Positions 37,264 through 51,100 of a stretch of 64,000 bases of DNA are shown one piece after another. Origin of the DNA: Raillietiella orientalis. Lineage: Eukaryota. Location: NCBI GenBank assembly GCA_036172245.1, contig JAYWIR010000026.1:2356001-2420000 (forward strand). The letters are read 5' to 3'. Numbering within the stretch: position 1 is the first letter of the stretch; each line of letters begins with the position of its first letter. The position numbers and the translations under genes were made by a program. The notes beneath the pieces are model-generated. The model worked only from the letters and a program-made list of their open reading frames with translations. It had not been told where the DNA came from and did not search any database.

Positions 37264-40200
37264 ATGGCAAGTTTTGAGGAACCTAGATCAGAAAAAACGT
37301 TCACTCTGAAGAAATGGAACGCAGTTGCCATGTGGAGTTGGGATGTAGAGTGTGATACCTGTGCTATATGCAGGATTCAAATCATGGGTAGGAAAGAATC
37401 AGAAAATTTCCTGTATATATGTTCAGTAACGTGAAATCACTCAATTCGTTCTATGATGAAAATCTAAGGTCCTATCCATTCTAGTGATAAATTTGCATTA
37501 AGTATATTTCGAGTAGAAGGAAATTTTGGACACCAATACTTTGTTTGGTGTTGGTAACGTATTTATTCTAAATAGAAATTGTTTACCAAAAACTGTTGAA
37601 TTTTTTATTTACCTTTGAAATTATTGCTGTTTTTTTTTTTTGCTTAAGTTTTTGCCCCCTTTGTCTTCGTATATAAACTAAGCAGTTTCACTTGAAGGAT
37701 AGCTAAAAAAATATACATTAAGTTGTACATGTTCGAGTACATGCTCTGAGTATTTAATGTATTGTCATGGTTTTTTGATATGTTTAGCATGGTGAACATG
37801 TAGAATGGTCAGTGTAAATATTTTCCATTCGGATTCTCAGGATTCACAGGGAATTCAAATACTGCAATGACAGAGCATCATGTTTTGAAACGAATTTTTT
37901 TCATCTTAGATGAAATTTCATAAAATTCATGAACTTGCAATATCAGTGTTCAAGCATTGGATATCAAAAAATGGTTCATTTTTAGTTAATGATGTTTGTA
38001 TGATTTGTAATAGTGGTAGTGAAGCACAATGCATTTCATGAAGACAGAAGTGTAATCAATAATGTATGAGCAAATGTTTTTTCATTAAGGAATTGATAAT
38101 GTTTTATGAATAAATCAAAAGCATGGATCCAACAGGTAATATATTCATGCACATCTTGGTTCCGTTTCACCTGTTTTTAGTTTCTGGAGTAACTTTTATC
38201 TAATTTTTTTAATGTTGTGTCACAGAAGGTTTCACTGAAACCTTAATTCTTATTGCTAAGTTGCTGGAGTATACCTGAATGAGTAACTGACAGGTTGTTG
38301 ATTAATTCAATTCTAAACTCTTTCAGAAAGTCTTAAATTTTTATAAATACTTTATTATAAATACTTTGCTTCAGTTTATTTATTTAACTATGCAAATAAA
38401 GTTGACCACTGTTAAATCATCTCTTTGTTCTCCTCAGTGTTATTTTGCATAAATTGCTTAAGTTGTATACTTGTGCCCTTTTTTGGATTGCGTAATTCTC
38501 TTTCAATTTCTTCTAATGATTTTCCTTTAGTCTCAGGCACAAAAAATATCACAAAGAACAGTCCTATTAATGTGATTACACTAAATAACCAAAATGCGCC
38601 ATGCCTTCCTAAATTTTGTGTGACATCTGTAAATGTTTTCGTCACTACAAAAGTACATGTCCAGTTGAATGCTGTTGTAACTGATGCTGCAATTCCTCGA
38701 ATACGGGTGGGAAAAATTTCACCAATCATAAGCCATGGAATAGGTCCCATTCCAAGTGAGAAAGCAATTACAAACATTATGAAACATGTAAGAGGAATCC
38801 ATCCAATAGAAGATACTGATGGATCTTTTTGAACATCTTTGAGATAGAAGAAAATACCTAATACAGTTAATGATATTATCATAAACGCATCTGAAATATA
38901 AAGTAACTTCTTTCTTCCTAGTTTGTCGATCAGTATGGTAGCCAGGAAAGTGGCTCCAAAGTTAACAAGGCCTACTATGATAGTAGACAGGTTTTCATCT
39001 ATAGTGGTGCCTGCTGATTTGAAAATGGAAACAGTATAAAATATCACAGCATTAATTCCACTTAGTTGTTGAAAAAACATTAGTCCAAGTGAAATTGTTA
39101 AAGCCTTAATGTTAACAGAGTCAGTAAGTTCCTTGAGGGCAGAAGTTTGTTTGGCTACTTCTTGATTGCTTATTTCAATCTCGCTAAGTTCAATAATAAC
39201 ATTTGACTTAGACGGTCTTAACCACTTCAAGGATTTGAAAGCTTCTTTTAGTTTGCCTAGGAAAAAACTTATGTATATACATTTTAACATTGACAATTCT
39301 TCCTTCCTCACCTTTAGAAACATACCACCTTGGAGTTTCTGGTATCATACAAAGAAAAATAAAAAAAGGTACTGGAATGCAACCACCAATGAATGCTAAC
39401 CATGTCCAGTCCACATAAAATCCAATAAGGAAGCAGAGTAAAACACCTTTTAAAAAATAAAAAATAAGCATTAGGGTTTCATATGAGTATTTCATTTCAT
39501 TTCATGGTAGGGACATGCAAAAAAGAAAATAAAATTTCGGTATTTATCTGATTATTTGTATGTATTATCAAGAACAAACTACGTGCATTCGTGTGAGAAC
39601 TACATTTAGCTTTATTATAATTACTGTTGCATAATAAAAATTATATAATACGTTTTGGGATTTTTATAATATAAAACATATCTAGACGCTGATGAGTTTT
39701 GTTTTCAATACTCTAAGTTACGTAACCGAATTTCAACTGAGTCCTACACATAAATTTGGATTCAGTGTCCATGAATGTATGGAAGAGTATTCTAAATTAT
39801 ACAGGTATTAAGTTATGGTGAATTAATGTCTATTTCACCTAATAGTTTTATGCTTGGTGATGAAAGTATAGGTGCCTAGGAGAATTCTTTTGAAAAAGTG
39901 GTTTTAACAAACTGATTTATTAGTGGTATTCCTGTATTTCCGCCAAGAACAGGTACTCTTTTTCAGATGTACACTATTTTTGAATTCTTCAGACTTTATA
40001 TTTGATTTTAATTTCTGCCACTATTCAAAATTCTGACATCAGCATTTCTTCAAAATATTGGTAATTCTTTTTGTAGGCTCTGCAAGTAGTTGCATTGTTT
40101 TTGATTTAAATTTGAGTAAGATGAATAAGCCGGACAGTCAATGTAAATCTTATTAAGAAATAATTCCCAGCTGTTCCAATATCATTGATTTGGGACAAAA

Positions 40201-43200
40201 TTAATTTATTTAAGCATTGATTGTTATTTACCTATATTCCCTATAGTTGTGGGTAACAATCCTAGAGTTCCCCGAATGTGGGGCTGGATAGTTTCTCCTA
40301 AGTAGACTGGCGTTGCCAACGAGACAATACCAACACATATTCCCCCAATCGTTCTCCCTGCATATACCATTAAAACATCCTGAGCAAAAGCTATCAGCAT
40401 CCAAGCTGCATAACTCATTAATAATAATGGTTTAAAATTCACTACTCACCAATAATGAAAGGAATTGCTGTACCCAGTAGGGTTGTTTTACGACCAAGTT
40501 TTTCTATTAAAGTACCTCCTAGAATTCCTCCACACAATGCAGAGAGTGGCATAAGACTACCAATCCAGGAATGCTATTCATATATATAACTGTATGTAAT
40601 TACTTCATTGTACTACCTCCTGATCAGTTACTTGGAGTTGGCTCTCAGGTCTTTGCATAGATACTTGTGCTGGAGATGTATAAGCTGATGTGAAACCAAC
40701 TATCATGGAACCTACACTTATGCTTATGGCTGCAAATATCTTTAAAAAAATAATTTGTACAATTATGTGGCAATTAGCAAACTCAGTCAACATTCACCTG
40801 ATGCCTGGTTTATCAATTCGTTATTTAAGTGTTAATTTTAAGTTTGAAACTTTTATAAATTTAAATTTTTTATGAAAGTAACATGATGAACATGTGATGT
40901 AATGGTGTAGTTACATGCTGGCTTAACAAAGTGAAGAGCAAACAGGAGTACATGTTTGTAGAGCAAAGCAATTTGGCCCAGCCTCTTCTAGAGTTGGCAG
41001 AAATAGAATCAGAAAGTGTTCATGAGTTTCATCTAAAAATTTCAAGATTTAGCATAAACACAATCTAGTAAGTGAAACCAAATTTGTTAGTAATGATGCT
41101 AAGTACAGGAAGAAAAAGATCATTCTAGTGATCCAAAGAAAAACGGTTGGGGATGTTTTTTTTGTCAACTACGTCACACACATTGTCTTCTCTTATTGGA
41201 AACTGTGGATGGTGCATGCATACATCATGCATACATTCCAGAATATGCTGATTAAACATCTTATGCTATAAGGGTGAAATCTTTTATAGTGTAAATTGAT
41301 AGTATGCATTAGGCCATTCAATCGGAGGCATTCATATGCCTCGAGCCTCCAGAAAAGTCCGAAAATCAAACTTCCAATCTGAACTTGGATCATTCGTTAC
41401 GAATTCCGATTTGAAATTAATTCTAAGCATGCAGTTTTCAGCGTTTTGAATGCAGCGTCAAGAAGCTCAGTGAAAACGAAAACTGTAAACTGTCGAAAAA
41501 AGCACATCCAAAACAGTTATCAAATTGAGTGAAATGGAATTTAACTTTTAACTCTCAGGTGGTTCTTGGGTGAGTGACGTGACGTAATGCATTTTTCTAA
41601 CGTGTGTGAGAAGAATCCATGGCCATCACGAGTGCATTCAGGCTGGGGTGGATTCGGGGACTGCTTAATTACTTGCATGTGCGCTGGAGACTTTTCGTTG
41701 GCGCGTATCGATCCTGCGGGGTGTGTTGCATATTCCGATGTGCTGAGGTGTTTGCGGTTTGCATCGTAACTCCGCATCGAGGATGGCAGTAGTGCGTGCA
41801 GCTCTGTACCAACTCCAAGAAGTATGTGTGTACCGACCAGAAAACCGAGAATCTGAAGAAATGTGCAGCAACTACATGTTCAAGAGGAGCGGAGGACCAA
41901 GAGCTGAGCAAGCTCGTCAGCTCAGAAGTCGAATTTCGTGCAAGCGCATCCGCCTTGCTGCTGCTGGCGATCGACCTTTCGCCCGTGGGCCGCGTTCGAC
42001 AGGAAAATGAAGGATCCGCGGTCTCGCTTCCGTCGGCTGCTGGTGGTGCCCCGCCGACGTCTTCGAAAGAGCGTCTCTTTTTCCGGCGCTTGGCGGAGAT
42101 GCAGCTGCCTGGCAGATGAGCGGGCGCGAAGGTGTACACGTGTACGAAGTGGCAGGCCGGCTGGACGCGATCCGAGGCACTGCTCGGTGTACAAGAGTAC
42201 ATCGAGCAGCAGCTGTACATGGAACGTTGATCTGCCCGGGTCGCCCGGGCAGCAAACGACGTGCACGCTGCGGAGGAAATCTCCGTCGCACTCGAAGCGA
42301 ATCGCTCTGCGGGGCGTCCAAGCAAAAACGAATCTGCTTGGGACGACCGCTCTCTCCACAGTACACTCTTCAAGTGCCAAGAGTACCAAAGTTTTACAAG
42401 TGTACGAAATGTAATCTTTAAGTAGGGGCTGGCTTTCTTATTCCGGTTTTTATTTTCGAGAAAATGCTTACCTGAGTAAGTATAGCTTGGATGAAGTGTT
42501 TCATCTCTTCCCATTTCTTTTTCTCGTCATTTGCACCGACGTTTTCATAGAAATGTAATCTACTGTCGTGTGCTGGTAGAGAAAAATTACGCTGCACAAT
42601 GAAAATCGGACCGTCGAAAAATCCCCGACTACTGTGAGAAAACGAATGCCTTTGCAAAAGCTTCATTTCTCTAAAAATTAATGAATACCGAATATGTTTT
42701 AGGGACCTATGTAACACTTTCAAGCTATTAAAATGCTCTGCAAGTTGTCTTTTGTGATAAGCAGTCTTTCAGTTTTGTTTAGGTAGCCATCCCTGTGTTC
42801 TCTTCAGAACACAGGGATAAGCCGAAGATCATGCGTTGCCGCGTTGGGGATCACGAAATATTTCAGGCATAGCATCTCGTTTAGCTCGAAACGCTTTGGG
42901 GGGAGGGGGGGTGCTGTTTAAGTCCAGGAGCGTTTCGACCCTGGAAAAACCAAACGGTCATCAACAACTCAGTTATCGAGCAGAACGGTCTGCACGTCAG
43001 AAAATAGAAAGCGCATTCTGTTCTCGGAAAGAGATCGGTTTCGAACACGAGGTCCACACGTCAGCAAACGGAAGGAGAGCGAAAAAAAATTCGACGAACG
43101 GGGGTCAAGTCCACGAAACGGATGCTTCTGCTTGCGGAGGACGCGAGAGACGGGGGGGGGGGGGAGGGCCTCTCCGAAAGGTGATGCGAGCGGAAGGCCG

Positions 43201-43884
43201 GCGACACAGACCAAGGTCTTTGCTGCAGCAGCATCAGCAGCAGCAAGCCCACGTGTTCGGAAGACGGGCAGCGGGCGGCTCTGACGCGCCTCCCATTGTT
43301 GCCGGGTGACGCAGGGGGCGGAGGCGGCTCTGACGCGCTTCCCATTGTTGCCGGGTGACGCAGGGGGAGGGGGCGGCGCTGACGCGCTTCCCATTGTTGC
43401 CGGGTGACGTCTCGGAAGCCACGCGAGGCAGCGTCAGCGCGGGGGCGGTGCACGCCATTCGCCACCGAAACACTCCGAGGCAGGCAACACACCACCCGGT
43501 CGAACAACGCTCGTGGCATTTCCATGCCGCTGCGTTGAACATCATGGAAGCGGCCGCTCAAGGGGCAGGCCCTTCTACCGTCTCAGGGTTTCGGCTGTTC
43601 GTTTTCGAAAGCTGACGGTTCTGCAGTGCTGCCACATCGCAGAGAGGAATCGGATAGACGCTCCGTTCAAAAAATTAAGAGGACGCAGAAGTTGTTGGGA
43701 GTTGCTGGTCTCGACTTCATCTCGTGGACCTTTTCGCCAGAGAAGAATTTCGGTCCACTCCCTAGTAACAACTACCGAGCTATGTAGTGTTTATGTAGTA
43801 TTACTTTGTATATGAATATGATTTCGATTTTAATTTCATGGCGAATAATATGGAGTTATTGCTGCGGAAATGAGATTCCCTGAT

Positions 43885-43916
<32 letters not shown>

Positions 43917-46900
43917 CTTCAACGTACACAAATTACTTTCTTTTCTTTTTTTTTATTCCAAACTCCTTTGCTTCTGTTGTCCAAACATATCGTTATTTAT
44001 AATGTAAATATTCCTTCCTCAGGATCCGTGAATATCAAAGCGATATGGTAATTTAGATCGTAGGAGTAGGCTCCTTCAAAAATGCAAGTAATGCAATGTA
44101 ATGCAATGATTTAGCAGCAAGCCTTGCCGTTATTTACGAGTAGCAAACGTTCTAGTAATGATTTTGTACACGTATAATGCACGAACACAAGACTTGGCTC
44201 CGTTTCCTCTAATGACCCAAATGTGGCCGTGTGCGTCAAGTTGTCATTGGGATTCCTGACCTGCGGGAGCAACGAGAGAGAGAGAGAGAGAGAAGGGCCC
44301 AACGAAAGACCTACGCCGACCGTTCGACGCATAGTATAAATCAGTTTGTGCGCGGTTTTGTTTTCATTTTTTCGTTTTCCGAAGCACTCAGCAGCAGCGC
44401 ACCATCGACTCACGTGAGCGGCCATACGTAGCGCAACCACCGGCTCACCGGGAAAAGAGAGCTTTCTTCGACGCGCGGCACTCCCGAACACGACCAGCTA
44501 TGACCTTCCTATTTATCTTCAATATTACAAGACCACTTTGGAGAGATTCCTGGTAAAAAATAAAAAAAAAAAGGGGGGGGGGGAAGCGCATGATGCACCA
44601 CCACCATAGGCAGGTTTCGGTGTGGGGCGCAGTGGCCAAGGATTTCGTGAGGAAGGGACCTCGGCTGACGTCTGGTAGACCCTCAGCCAGAAATGCACGC
44701 AGATGAATACGTGTACGCCTTCTCTTTTCGCAACAGTATACATTGATGGCGAGAGTGTACTGAGAGCGCTTCCAGAGCTCGTGAATGTTTGCAAGAACCC
44801 TTCTGAAGTCATCCCCAAGATGAAAGGAGAAGCTCAGTTTTTGCTTGTGTGCAGCATAACATCCCTGAAGGAGTGCAGATCAGACCGGCTTGTCATTCCA
44901 GTTTCGTTACCTCGCTGGGTTTCTTTAACGCGAAAGGGGCACCAGAATCATTTGGTGGCACATGGATTCATTCGATACGCTCCCCCGCACTCTCGCACCA
45001 CCGCACGGTTTTTTCTTCTTCTTCTTCTTCTTCTTTTTCCCCCTCCCCCTTTTGCTCGCGGAACCGGTTCACACACAAAAAAAAAAAGAAAAAAAGCATC
45101 GATACATTAACCTCACGTGGACGAGTTATCACGGTGGCACTCGCGGCGGCAGCCATCCTGCTTTGGGGGGGGGGGGGGGGGGGTTGCTTTGCAACCGCGT
45201 CCAGGCTTTCATTTTTCATGTGCAACGTACACAAACCGTGAAACGTGTAATGGACGACTACACGGTGTACGGGCGGCGGTGCAAAAGAACAGCGCCTTGC
45301 GAACATTCCCGAGCCCACGTGAAAAATGTCTTGTGGCTTACGGAAACATGATCACTTTCGCAGACAGAAGCGACTTAAACCGGCAGGACGACTTCCACAG
45401 AAGATCGCATTGCCTGGGACGCGTTCCCAGCGCTTTCCGAGCCGTGATCCTATCGACTGGCACTCCTCCCCATGTGGGAGCACGTGCCCGCTTCGTGAGC
45501 AACATGGGGGTATCCACTGGATAGGGAACTCCGGTCGATGACGGGTTTCATTGATACGTCGTCGGTTCCCCCATTTCCCGGAACCGCGATTCGCCCAAGA
45601 CCGTGGAGCTTTTTGATCCGGGGTCGTGGGGGGGAGGGGGGGGGGTCGGAAGGCTCGTTTCCGCGACTTTTTGCTCCTCGCAAGGCGGCGGCTTGGTGGA
45701 GGGGGAGGGGGGCGACATTGCTCTCCCCGCTCCCGTCATTGTGCTGCGCCGGGCTCGAAAATGTACACAGAAAACGACTGTACCTGATGGTGCAGAGGGC
45801 TCATCCGCAGGAAGAAGTTTCTCTGCCTCCAGAAGCACCCGCATTTCGTGCCTGGGTCCTGCCGCGCGCAGTGCTCCTGTGCCGCGTCTTCGCACAGACT
45901 CGCATTCTCCTTCCCCAGTACCATCCTGTAATGTTTCCTAAAATCCATTCTAGGAGACAGGTTAAGAATCAGTCGCGATTGCGCAATTCTTTCCGTTCGG
46001 CCGAACGTTACAAAAGGAGGAGCGTTTTTTTGGGACAGCTCAGTATTTTCGACGGGCAGGATGCTCTCTACCTGCCTGCCGAGCGGGGGGAGCGAATTCT
46101 CATTACGGGAATGGTAATTGCAAATAAAAACCGAGGCGGTGTCCGCCGAGTAAACTGTGCGCTCGGGGCATCATCATTGGGTGCGTTTTTCGATTCTGTG
46201 ATTTTTTAGCTTTCTTTTTTCTTTTTTTGGCTTCTTCTCCTTCTCTGTTTACTTTTTGTTTTCGATTTTTACGTTTGGCTGCAACAGTGAAACGATCTGT
46301 TATTAAATCTTAGTGCGTTCCAGCGGACCGGGAAGAGAAGAAAAAAAAACAAAAAAACAAAAAAAAAAAAAAAAAAAGAGGAGAGAGAAAGAGAAGGAAG
46401 AGAAAAGAGACAGAAACCGCAGCAGGTTAAGTGCTGCCAGGACTTCTCTCAGTGTGGTTTTCTCAGTGGCCATGTATATAATGCGGGTACAAATGTGAAG
46501 GATTTCATAAAAAAAAAAAAAAAAAAAAAAATAAGAAAATTGCAGTTTCTCTCAAAAACTCAACAGATTACGCCCAAAGAAACGCCCTTACCTTCAGAGA
46601 CAGAATGATTCGTGCCCAAACGCAAAAGCACAGATATCAAACGCCACTCAAATCCATGGGAGCTGTGCTTCGACAACCCCAGCTATTCGGAAGGGAAGAA
46701 GGAAAAAAAATCCGGGCATGGATGGAGGAGGAAACCATTTTGCGTGTTAGCATTCAGCAGAACTTTTGCTGATACGGGAAAACGGGGGGGGGACTCTGCA
46801 CTCGTGGATAACACATCTCCTCTGCACGGACCTATTCACCAACGTGTCGTTGTCGCATGTGCACGGTGAAAGTGCACGGGGAAAGGCATGCAACTCGTCG

Positions 46901-48111
46901 TGGTGGCTGCAGCGGACGCGTCGAATCTGTACTTTGGCAATTCCGAGGCGGAACTGTGGAAACGGCAGCGCTCTTGCAAAACGACTTTGGAATGTGATCT
47001 TCCTTAGGGATCGGATGCTTTCGAAATCTCCGCGGCAACACCGCGCGCACGTAACTGGAATCGGTGGGTCCCGCCTCATCGTGCGAAGACCCGGGCTGCA
47101 GCCTTGCTCGGGTCGCCGGGACAGAGGGCTCCTCCCTTCTGCATCGCGTCCCATGTGTGCGCGCGTGTGTACACGAGTGTGTCGCCATTGATTGCCTCTG
47201 CCTTCTCGTTTTTGCTTCTCTTTGCTTCTTCTTCTTCTTCTTCTTCTTCTTCGCTTTCTTTCGGGACTGCGTATTTTTTTTTTTTTTTCCCGTTCGGGAC
47301 GCCCGAGCAAACCTACTTTCGCCCCGGGCTAGCCCTCGGACCGTACGCCTCCCGGTCTTGCGTGCGTCTGCGAATCGTGCCTGGACCCGCGTGGGTGAAT
47401 AGATCGTAGGTCGCAGGTCGCCCTCCTGCGCAGGTGGAGACCTCCGCGCGCAGCAGCAACTGCTGCCGCTGCTGCTCGGAACGTCCTCAGGCGCGTAGGT
47501 TCGTTCTTCCTTCGCATTTTCGCGCAGAACGGAAAGTGAAATGCGATCGAGATTTATAGGGGGGGGGGGGGGTTCTCCCGCCCCCCTGTCCCTCTTTTCT
47601 TTTCCTTTTTTTTTTTCAGTTTTGCGGTCCCTGTCGCCCCGGCCGTATATGCGTGTACAGTGCGTGTAAAAAAGCGCCTCAGTCGCTTTTTTCGGGCACC
47701 GCCGTCGAGGTCAAATCAAGCCTAATGGCTTCTTCGCCTCCCTCTCTCTCTCTCTCCACGCTGGAGGGGGGGGGGGACAGGGGAGGGGGGCACCCGCTTT
47801 CAGAAAAGCAGGCCTCGTCGGTTTTCCAAGCGCACACGTATCCTGTCAGTGATCCCCCCTCCCCCCATCGTCAGCCTGGTTGTCGGGAACCCGAAGACTG
47901 CCGGCGGTTTTCCCACCGCGTCGCGGGAATGCCGCATCCGTTGACTGTCGTCGCGGTTCTCCCGGGTCGCGCGGAGCAACCCCTCCTCGCAGCAGCAGCA
48001 GCAGCAGCCGGCGAGCGTTGTACCGCTCCCGGAGCGCCGTTGTCGTCGACTCAGCGGTTCGTTTCGCGTTTCCCCCTTTTACATATCAGCTCGAGCACGT
48101 AACACGTAGTG

Positions 48112-48149
<38 letters not shown>

Positions 48150-51100
48150 CTGAAGAAAATTCGAAACCCTTCCCGTGGCACAGCAACTCTTTGCGCTCGG
48201 CGGCGTCGCGGGAAGAACGTGCGTGCTCGGTGGAAAGCGCGGGAACGTTCCTGTTTCCCACTTCAAAGGATGTGATTGAACGTGGCCGAACTGCCGGGAA
48301 TATCTCGAATTTGGAGAGAAAAAGCAGATTTTTCGCTCCTATTTGCATTTCAAGGATGGACCTGCTTTCTTTCAACGCGGATTCATCCTTGAGAAATTGC
48401 TGTCTCTGAATGCCTTTTAGGTAAGACGCCTGCCTGCCTGCCTTGAATATATCAAGCATCGCTTTTGAATTGAGGAGCACTTGAAACCGAATCCATGTAG
48501 CAGTCATTAACCAGTTTTTTTTTCCTTCTTCTTCTTCTTCTCCTCCTTCCAGTTTTCATTAAGCTTTTTAATGTTAATTTTTTTCCTTCCGGCGCTGTAG
48601 GGGTTTTTTTTTTTTTTTTTTTTTCGATCATGTGAAACAACCCGGTTTCGGTCGTATGTGAACTAAAGTGGCCCTACTCTGATCGATGTGATCAAACTGA
48701 AAATCCGTGCCGGATGTTGCAAACGGCCAGGGGTGTTTTCGTCGGGAACGGATGCTCCTCGTCGGGAGAATGCCCAGGATCTCTCATCTCCTATGCGTGC
48801 GCAAACCCGTCTCAGGAGAATGTCACCCGTGCCTACGTGGGGTCAGCCCTCTCTCCCCTGCCGCGTTCCAGGACGGATCGTCTCTTGGTCTCTGCAGCGT
48901 GCGGTCTCCCCCTTCCGTTCCTCCCGTCCGAAGATCAACCGGACGTTTGCACCTCCCTGCGTCTTCTGCAGCCTCTCTTTTCCCGTTGCGCGCACTCTTT
49001 GTTTTCCTTTCGACCCTCCTTTGCAAAGCCGCCGTTTCACTGCCGCCGCATCCCCGCCTCGCTTTTTTGTTTGTGCCTTCTCGGTGGAAGACCGCCTCGG
49101 AGATGCTCCATGCAACGAAACGAATCGTTACCGTTCTTCCACGCCTCCTATCACGTGCTTTCGAGCGGGCAGCCATTCCCACATGGGATGCAGGGCGCCT
49201 GAAATCCACGTGAAACACAAGCAGTGTGCAGCCACGTTCGAAGTAATTACCTCATGGGGGAGGGGGTGAGCGGAATCTTTTCATCTCCTGGCGTCGCTGT
49301 AGGGCATGGAGGGGCAGACAGGAGGAGCCAAGGTGCTTCACAAGAAACGAGGGAGGCGAGGGGGGGAAGGCCCACTCGCGCGGACTCTTCCCGGCGGCAC
49401 AGCGGCTTCCCGGACCGATTGTTCGTGCTCCCCTTAATTACCTTTCTCTCTCCTTCCCTCCCCCTTCCGCCCCGGGATGTACGAATGCTGTTGTTTTTGC
49501 CACGGGAATTCCAAGTCGATCCGTGGGCAAACCGGCTGCAGGCAGCACGGCACGAGAACATGGAAGGAACCTCATCGAACCGGATTGCACGCGAGGGGTC
49601 TCAGGGAGCAGCCAGCGACCTACTTTGGAAGTTTTGGAGCCAAAAAGTGCTGTTCACGTGGCATCCGAGACTCAGCTCGAAGCTTTTTGTGTTCTTGCGG
49701 TGGTGGAATAAGCAGGACGAAAGTGCGTTTCCATCAACAAGCAGTGAAGCCAAATATATATATATATATATAATGTACATATATATATATATATATATAA
49801 GGGAATCCGAAAGGAGGTTCCAGAATGGCGGTGGTAGCGGGTTTCCCACGAGCGACAGCGACGGGACGCCACGGAACCACTTGAAGCAAAAAAGCACGAC
49901 GGAAACGCTTTCCATCTGTTTGTTTATGTAAAGAAGAAGGAGAAGGAAAGGGACATCCAGATCGTAGAAAATGCGCTCCGCAGGATGATGGATCGAAGCG
50001 CCAACACACGGGCAAACCAATTTCCGACGCGGCTGTAGCCGCATCCGCGAACCGATCCGACGAAGGAGTTTCTGCGCAGCTGCCCAGGCGGGACTGTGGT
50101 CCTTCCGTCCCGAAATGGATCTCGCGGCTCCGTGGACATCATCATCTCCGTGGACCGAACTCGGCGGCTGACCGGAGCGGGTCGCGCGCGTGGGTAGGTC
50201 ACGGCAGCGCTTCCGCCCCGTGAGCAGGGCCGAGGGGATGGAGCCGCCGATGCCCGGCAGCAATGGAGGAGGACAACAGACGGTTCTCCGGGAAAGTCCG
50301 GGAGAGAGGCGGCGCACTTTTGCCTTTTGCCAAACCTTCAGCACACCGACCCCCCCCCCGAGCAAAACGGTTCGCTCACACGTAAGCAGTCCAGCAGCAG
50401 CAGGTGCTGGGCTGGGGGGGGGGGGAGAAGAAAAAAAAAAAAGAAAGAAAGAAAGGAGAAAAGGCTGGACGCACCGGAAACGCGCGGCCGTGCGACTTCC
50501 GCTCAAAGGGGGCATGCATGCCCCCTTGGGGGTAGGCGTCAACTTTTTTTTTTTTTTTTCGCTTTGCACCCCTCCCTGCCGAGCGAAAAGGAGAGGCGTG
50601 CGCACACGACGAAGGCAGGCGCCATTTTTCACTTCTATTTTGGTTACCCCGCCCCATTGTTGAGACTCCGCGAGCAGCAGCGGATGTGCGTAAGGAAAGC
50701 GCTTATGGCGTCGCAGTCGTCGGCTTCGTCAGGAGGCCCCTTCGACGAGGACGGGGAGGACTCTGGGGTCGCGCGCGCGCGCGCTTTCCAGCCAGGTTTC
50801 CCCTTCTCCGCCGTTCGGTTCCCTCCTGCCTGCCACGCGTTTCCCTGCGTCGGCTTCCCTGTGGAAGGGCGTGAGGAAGTGCAGGATGATCGCGGCGAAG
50901 GATGACGTTGCCGCAACTGCTGGACTCTTGGGGTGTGCGAGTGGGGGTCGAGCCTCTCTCTGCTTCTCCTTCCCTTCCGTCCCCACACCCTTCTTTCTAT
51001 CCGCTCCAGCTTTCCCGTCGCAGTATCTTTGCAGGCCCTTGTTTCCGTTCTCGAGCTCCGGGAAACCGGGGGGAGGGAAGGAGAGGAGGGCGCGTGTCTC

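Noticed and set aside
41600..42420. Possible hAT transposase remnant in Tret1 intron 1
   Set aside because: Only vague resemblance; no DDE, RW or SER motifs intact and no terminal inverted repeats seen.
43274..43409. CRISPR-like appearance of repeated units
   Set aside because: The intervening segments are near-identical rather than unique spacers, there are only three units, no cas genes, and the context is eukaryotic.
43884..43916. T21-A12 self-complementary run
   Set aside because: Homopolymers are ubiquitous in this block and error-prone; no evidence of function.
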